A stretch of 64,000 nt of DNA from Candidatus Binatia bacterium (GTDB taxonomy: Bacteria; Desulfobacterota; Binatia; HRBIN30), in NCBI GenBank assembly GCA_038245295.1, contig JBBRSP010000001.1:392632-456631 (forward strand), in the 5' to 3' direction. Positions 59,439-64,000 of this stretch are shown piece after piece. Position 1 is the first letter of the stretch; each line of letters starts with the position of its first letter. The position numbers and the translations under genes were made by a program. The notes beneath the pieces are model-generated. The model searched no databases, was not told where the DNA came from, and saw nothing but the letters and a program-made list of their open reading frames with translations.

Positions 59439-62048
59439 ATGAAATCGAAATGGACGAACCTCGCGGTGGTTTCACTTCTGCTCGCCACCACGATCGCCTC
59501 TGGGCGGGCTCAAACGAATGGCTGGACGTTGGTTGGTTGGAACAACCTCGGGATGCATTGCATGGACCCCGATTACTCGGTGTTCTCGCTGCTGCCTCCC
59601 TACAACACGATTCACGCCCAACTCATCGATCCGCAGGGACACTTCGTCATCAACCCTGCCGGTTTCACGGTTACCTACGAGGCGGTCGCCGACCCCTCGC
59701 GCTCGCTCAACACGACATCCGCCGGCAAGACCAACTTATGGGATCACCTGCTCGCCCTCTTCGGTGTGGCACTGCCGGTCGACAGCGGCCTGGCGGGCAA
59801 CAAGATGCCCGGTCTTGCGAATACTCCGCAGCCGATGTCCTTCGACGGCACTAGCGGCTGGTTCATCGCCGAAGGGATTCCGCTCACGCCCTACGACGAC
59901 ATGAGACTGAAAAATCCCTATCCGATGATGCGCCTGGTAGCTCGGGATCAATCCGGGCAGGTGCTGGCGACGACGGATATCGTGCTTCCCGTATCTACCG
60001 AAATGAGCTGTCTGACCTGTCACGCGTCCGGCTCCGGCCCAGCGGCGCAGCCGATCGGCGGCTGGGTCAACGATTCCGACCCAGAGCGCGACACGCGTCT
60101 GAACATTCTGCGTTTGCACGACGACCGTCAGGCCGGGGACAGTAAGTTCTCGACCGCGCTGGCAGCCGCCGGATACAATGCGGCCGGGCTTTACGTCACC
60201 GTAACCAACGACGGCAAGGCGATCCTGTGCGCCGGCTGCCATGCTTCGGCGGCGCTGGGCACGGCCGGGCTGGCCGGGACAAAGCCGCTGACTCAGGCGA
60301 TACACGGCCACCATGCCACGGTCATCGACCCGACGAGCGGCGTCAGCCTCGACGCCAGCAGCAACCGCTCGGCCTGTTATAGCTGCCATCCCGGTTCGGT
60401 TACGCGCTGCCTGCGCGGCGCGATGGGCTCTGCCGTGGCGGCAAACGGGTCGCTCGCCATCCAGTGTCAGAGCTGTCACGGCACCATGAGCGACCTTGCG
60501 GTCAGCACCCGCAGCGGCTGGCTCAACGAACCAGCATGCCAGAACTGTCACAGCGGCACCGCCGTCAGCAACAACGGGCAGATTCGCTATACCTCGGTGT
60601 TCGACGCGCCCGGTCATGTTCGGCAAGCCGTCGATCAAACCTTCGCTACCAACGCCGACACACCGGCGCCCGGCCTATCCTTGTACCGCTTCTCGACCGG
60701 GCACGGTGGAATCAAGTGCGAGGGTTGCCACGGTTCGACCCATGCGGAGTTCCCGAGCTTGCACCGCAACGACAACATTCAGAGCATTCAGCATCAAGGT
60801 CACGTCGGTATGTTCGCGGAGTGTACAAGTTGTCACGGGACGTCGCCGGTAACCGTAAGCGGGGGGCCACACGGCATGCACCCGGTTGGACAGGACTGGG
60901 TGAGTCGCCACGGCGGCCTCTTCGAAAGCGGGGGCGCCACTCGCTCGGCCTGCCAGGTGTGTCACGGGACTGACTATCGCGGCACAGTACTCTCCCGTTC
61001 CCAGGCAGATCGTCTCGTGTCGACGGAGGATTCTGGCAGCAAGTACCTATGGAGAGGGTTCCAGGTGGGTTGCTACACCTGCCACCTTGGTCCCAACAAT
61101 GGCGACGCGAATCCGAACCATCCCCCCACCGTGCAGGATACAGCAGCGTCCACGACGGCCGGGACTCCGATCTCTGTCGCGTTGACGGCGCAGGATAGCG
61201 ACCACAATGCGCTCACGCTGCGCGTCGTGTCGCAGCCGACCAACGGCTCGGTCGCGCTCAACGGCGCCGTCGCCAACTACATTCCCGCAGCCGGATTCCT
61301 TGGAACCGAGACCTTCACGTTTGCCGCCTCCGACGGTTCAAGCGATTCGAATCTCGGCACGGCGTCGGTTACGGTTGGTAGCGGCGGGACCTGCCCGCCG
61401 ATTAGCTGTGGGCATGGGGTTGCCAATGCCGTGTCCACACTGATCAAGGCCGTGGATCGCTGTCACACCAAGCTGGCGAGCGCGGCATACAGAGGCGCAA
61501 CCTTCGATCAAGAGGCATGCGAAAAAGGCGATCCGGTCAGATCTGCCAAGCGCAAGTTCGACGTCATGATCGCCAAGCATACGGTAGGATGTCCAGCCCA
61601 GGTGTTGACCAATGCCAACGCGCTGCGCGATGGGCTTCTAGATGGGCCGCAGTCTTTGGACGCATTGAACGGCAAGATCTACTGCGATGCCAGCTCGGGG
61701 CGCTTGCTCGAGCCGGGCGGTGAGGAAGAGGGCTTCGCGCCGGCCTCGTGGGCGGCGCTCAAGTGCACCGATGGCATCGTTAGCTATCTCAATAAGCTTG
61801 CCGACAGCGTCGTCACCTGCCAGCGCCGGTGGGCCGACGCCAGCACCACCAGCCACCCTCTCGACCTCCTCGCGTGCGAGACCACTGCCATCGGGAGAGC
61901 CATCGCGGCGCGCGACCGAGTCCTGCACAAGGGCGGCTGTCCCGCGTGTGTTGATCAGACGGGACAGGACAACCTGCGCAACACCCTGGTCGGACAGCTG
62001 AGTGCGCTGCGCCCGCTGATCTTTCTCTGTCCCGCGAGCCCACTCTGA
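59439..62048 (+). CDS. Secreted multiheme cytochrome c (9 CxxCH) with Ig-like and Cys-rich C-terminal domains
   Basis: Signal peptide, GWNNLGMHC; CLTCH, CAGCH, CYSCH, CQSCH, CQNCH, CEGCH, CTSCH, CQVCH, CYTCH; NHPPT..FTFAASDG Ig-like repeat. Confidence 0.9.
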   Translation: MKSKWTNLAVVSLLLATTIASGRAQTNGWTLVGWNNLGMHCMDPDYSVFSLLPPYNTIHAQLIDPQGHFVINPAGFTVTYEAVADPSRSLNTTSAGKTNLWDHLLALFGVALPVDSGLAGNKMPGLANTPQPMSFDGTSGWFIAEGIPLTPYDDMRLKNPYPMMRLVARDQSGQVLATTDIVLPVSTEMSCLTCHASGSGPAAQPIGGWVNDSDPERDTRLNILRLHDDRQAGDSKFSTALAAAGYNAAGLYVTVTNDGKAILCAGCHASAALGTAGLAGTKPLTQAIHGHHATVIDPTSGVSLDASSNRSACYSCHPGSVTRCLRGAMGSAVAANGSLAIQCQSCHGTMSDLAVSTRSGWLNEPACQNCHSGTAVSNNGQIRYTSVFDAPGHVRQAVDQTFATNADTPAPGLSLYRFSTGHGGIKCEGCHGSTHAEFPSLHRNDNIQSIQHQGHVGMFAECTSCHGTSPVTVSGGPHGMHPVGQDWVSRHGGLFESGGATRSACQVCHGTDYRGTVLSRSQADRLVSTEDSGSKYLWRGFQVGCYTCHLGPNNGDANPNHPPTVQDTAASTTAGTPISVALTAQDSDHNALTLRVVSQPTNGSVALNGAVANYIPAAGFLGTETFTFAASDGSSDSNLGTASVTVGSGGTCPPISCGHGVANAVSTLIKAVDRCHTKLASAAYRGATFDQEACEKGDPVRSAKRKFDVMIAKHTVGCPAQVLTNANALRDGLLDGPQSLDALNGKIYCDASSGRLLEPGGEEEGFAPASWAALKCTDGIVSYLNKLADSVVTCQRRWADASTTSHPLDLLACETTAIGRAIAARDRVLHKGGCPACVDQTGQDNLRNTLVGQLSALRPLIFLCPASPL

Positions 62049-62099
62049 GCAGGCCGTTGAGTGCTTGTGATCAATCAGTGCAGGCAAAAAGGCATCAAG

Positions 62100-62687
62100 A
62101 TGGAAATCAAAGTTCTGGGGTCGGGATGCAGCAAGTGCCGCAGCACGATCGGCATGATCGAGCGGGCTGCACTGGCATCGGGTGTCGAGGTGAACATCGT
62201 CAAGGTCGAGAAGCCCGAGGACATCCATCAATACGGCGTCCACGCGACGCCCGCGGTCCTCATCGGTGGCCAGGTCGTGCATGCTGGACGGATTCCTTCG
62301 CATGACAAAGTGCAAGCATGGCTGACGCCGAGCGCCATCGGCTTCCTGATGCAACCGACCCGACATCTATTCTTCACGGGAAAAGGCGGCGTCGGCAAGA
62401 CTTCGCTGTCAACTGCCGCTGCACTGACGCTGGCCGACGCCGGCAAGAAGGTTCTTCTGGTGAGCACGGACGCGGCGTCGAACCTGGACGAGATGCTGGG
62501 CGTCGAGCTGCGCAACACCCCGACGCCGGTGCCCGGCGCTCCCGGTCTGTGGGTCCTGAACATCGACCCCGACAACGCCGCCGAGTCCTATCGGCAGCCT
62601 GTCCTGGCGCAGATGGGGGGCGGCAAGCAGGACACCCATCTCCGCCCGGCGACAGTCCCGGAGAGGTCCGCTGATTTAAGACGCTGA
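62100..62687 (+). pseudogene. arsA: Truncated thioredoxin-like (MTH895-type)-ArsA ATPase fusion
   Basis: IKVLGSGCSKC...TPAV, then FFTGKGGVGKTS and LLVSTDAASNL; ArsA similarity ends near 62617 after ~95 aa. Confidence 0.8.
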
Positions 62688-62743
62688 TCGTACGTCACAA
62701 TCGCCGAGTCCTGTGGGTGGGTGTCCTCTGGATCGACCCCCTC

Positions 62744-63589
62744 CTATGCGACCGATGCAGCGACTTCGATGAACCTCAGGACGTTCAACGTCGCACGCCA
62801 ATCCGCCTTACCCAAGTCGGTGATCGTTGTCGGATCTCCTTTTCGCCAGCGCCAGCGGAGCGAGTCGCGACTCGGATCGACGCCTCGAGCGAATAGGAGG
62901 GATGCAGCTCCAGATTTTTTGCAGCCGGACCGCAGGTTCGGGGCGCAGCGCGGGGTTGGCGTTGCACTCGCGGTTGCTGTCAGCGTGGGTGTATTGGTCG
63001 GAGTGTTGCTCGGCGTCGGCGTTTGAGTCGGCGTCGGCGTCGGTGTCCTGGTCGGGGTCGACGTGGGCGTCTCTGTCGGCGTGTTGGTGGGACTTTCCGT
63101 AAGCGTCGACGTTGGCGACCGTGTCGGAGTGTATGTGATCCCGAAGTACGTAAACGTGCCGGGGGTCACAGCGGCGCCAACGTCTACTCCGGAGGATGTT
63201 ACAAAATCTACTGTAGTTGCAGTTACCGATGCGGACCCGTAGAACCCGGCACATGAACAACCCGAACTGTGATTCTGAATGGTGCAGTAGATAATAGTGC
63301 CATCAGGAATGATGCTTCCATCTCCGGAAGCGGAAACATGCATGTAGGGGGACTGGCTTTGTGTTGCCGCGAATCCAGCGATGCTTGAGCCGCAGTCTCT
63401 GAAGTCGGTGCATGCTCCGCACAAGGAACCACTTAGCTGGAAGTCCAACGTCGATATCCCAACGACGCTGGCGCCGTTCTTCGAGAGGGAGATCCCCAAT
63501 GACACCGATCCGCCTAGACCTGCGGAACCTGAACTGAACGCGACGCTGGTCTTCGGTTCATTCATCGACGCTGGCGAGCGACACGGCAA
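62744..63589 (-). pseudogene. Degraded secreted PT-linker protein
   Basis: Beta-rich Cys domain, PT linker, then start of a WRWRKG domain cut off after TDLG; no in-frame signal peptide. Confidence 0.6.
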
Positions 63590-63831
63590 CTAGTCCTGCG
63601 AAAGGGACACCGGCGAACCTGGACCCAGGAGCCTGGTGAATTGGGGTGGAAGGGGAGTCTTTTGCCGCATGTTGCGTCGCGTATACCCGACCCGATTCGC
63701 GGTCTCGACTGTGCCCGTAACTGTGCCCGCGGCGGTACTTACTCAGGCAAAACACGGCACAAGTCGACCATCGCCGTCCAACGTCAACCAACGGGAACCA
63801 CAACATGGGCAAGGGTTTTGCGGGTGAGAGC

Positions 63832-63910
63832 GCCGAGGGCGGGATGTTTGGTTCGGACTTGAAATCCCTTGAGACTTAGTTTCGTGCGGGTTCAAGTCCC
63901 GCCCTCGGCA
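63832..63910 (+). pseudogene. tRNA-Leu 3'-half copy (att-like) with TGA in the anticodon loop and a non-tRNA 5' part
   Basis: GGACTTGAAATCCCTTGAGACTTAGTTTCGTGCGGGTTCAAGTCCCGCCCTCGGCA; no valid D arm. Confidence 0.8.
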
Positions 63911-64000
63911 TTCCCCCGCGCCCGCGCCCCTGCCCCCGCCTGCGTTTGTAGGGCCGAACTGGATCGAGATCTTTCCGATGTCGGGCAGGGGCGCGGGCGG

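Larger units (their letters stand above)
58454..64000. mobile_element. Putative non-autonomous island or duplication at tRNA-Leu, bounded by >=146-bp direct repeats
   Basis: 58454-58599 equals 63855-64000 with 2 mismatches, starting in the anticodon arm; no integrase inside; contains truncated genes. Confidence 0.7.

Noticed and set aside
63832..63910. Functional tRNA-Ser(TGA)
   Set aside because: No proper D arm, only 3-bp anticodon stem, body is tRNA-Leu sequence

Overview
GC-rich bacterial chromosomal segment with about 42 CDS, one tRNA and no CRISPR, rRNA or intact transposase/integrase. Secreted proteins with CxGDCNGDGxVTVDE, PT-rich and Cys-rich modules suggest a Binatia-like deltaproteobacterium (inference only). 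Layout: (1) 0-15 kb envelope block with pbpC, thioester alpha-2-macroglobulin, PBP1B, HtrA/DegQ, DUF1844-like, htpX and a LysM lytic transglycosylase; (2) 15-32 kb mixed metabolic and signalling genes; (3) 33.5-41.4 kb glycan operon with a GH clan-A/GT2 fusion, an ABC exporter and three paralogous GT-B-like proteins; (4) 41.5-53 kb two DUF1800-DUF1501 pairs interleaved with exported proteins carrying canonical and long-spaced heme motifs; (5) 58.4-64 kb tRNA-Leu(TAA) followed by a 5.4 kb integrase-less segment that ends in a second copy of the tRNA 3' half. That segment holds a four-helix-bundle gene inside a repeated palindromic hexamer module, a 9-heme cytochrome and two truncated genes. Intergenic DNA is dense with at least six families of short palindromic or tandem repeats, some inside coding regions. 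Best candidates for undescribed systems: the tRNA-anchored four-helix-bundle/hexamer-palindrome module, the doubled DUF1800/DUF1501-cytochrome locus and the GH-GT2/ABC/3xGT operon. All product calls come from motif recognition by eye; no database searches were run.
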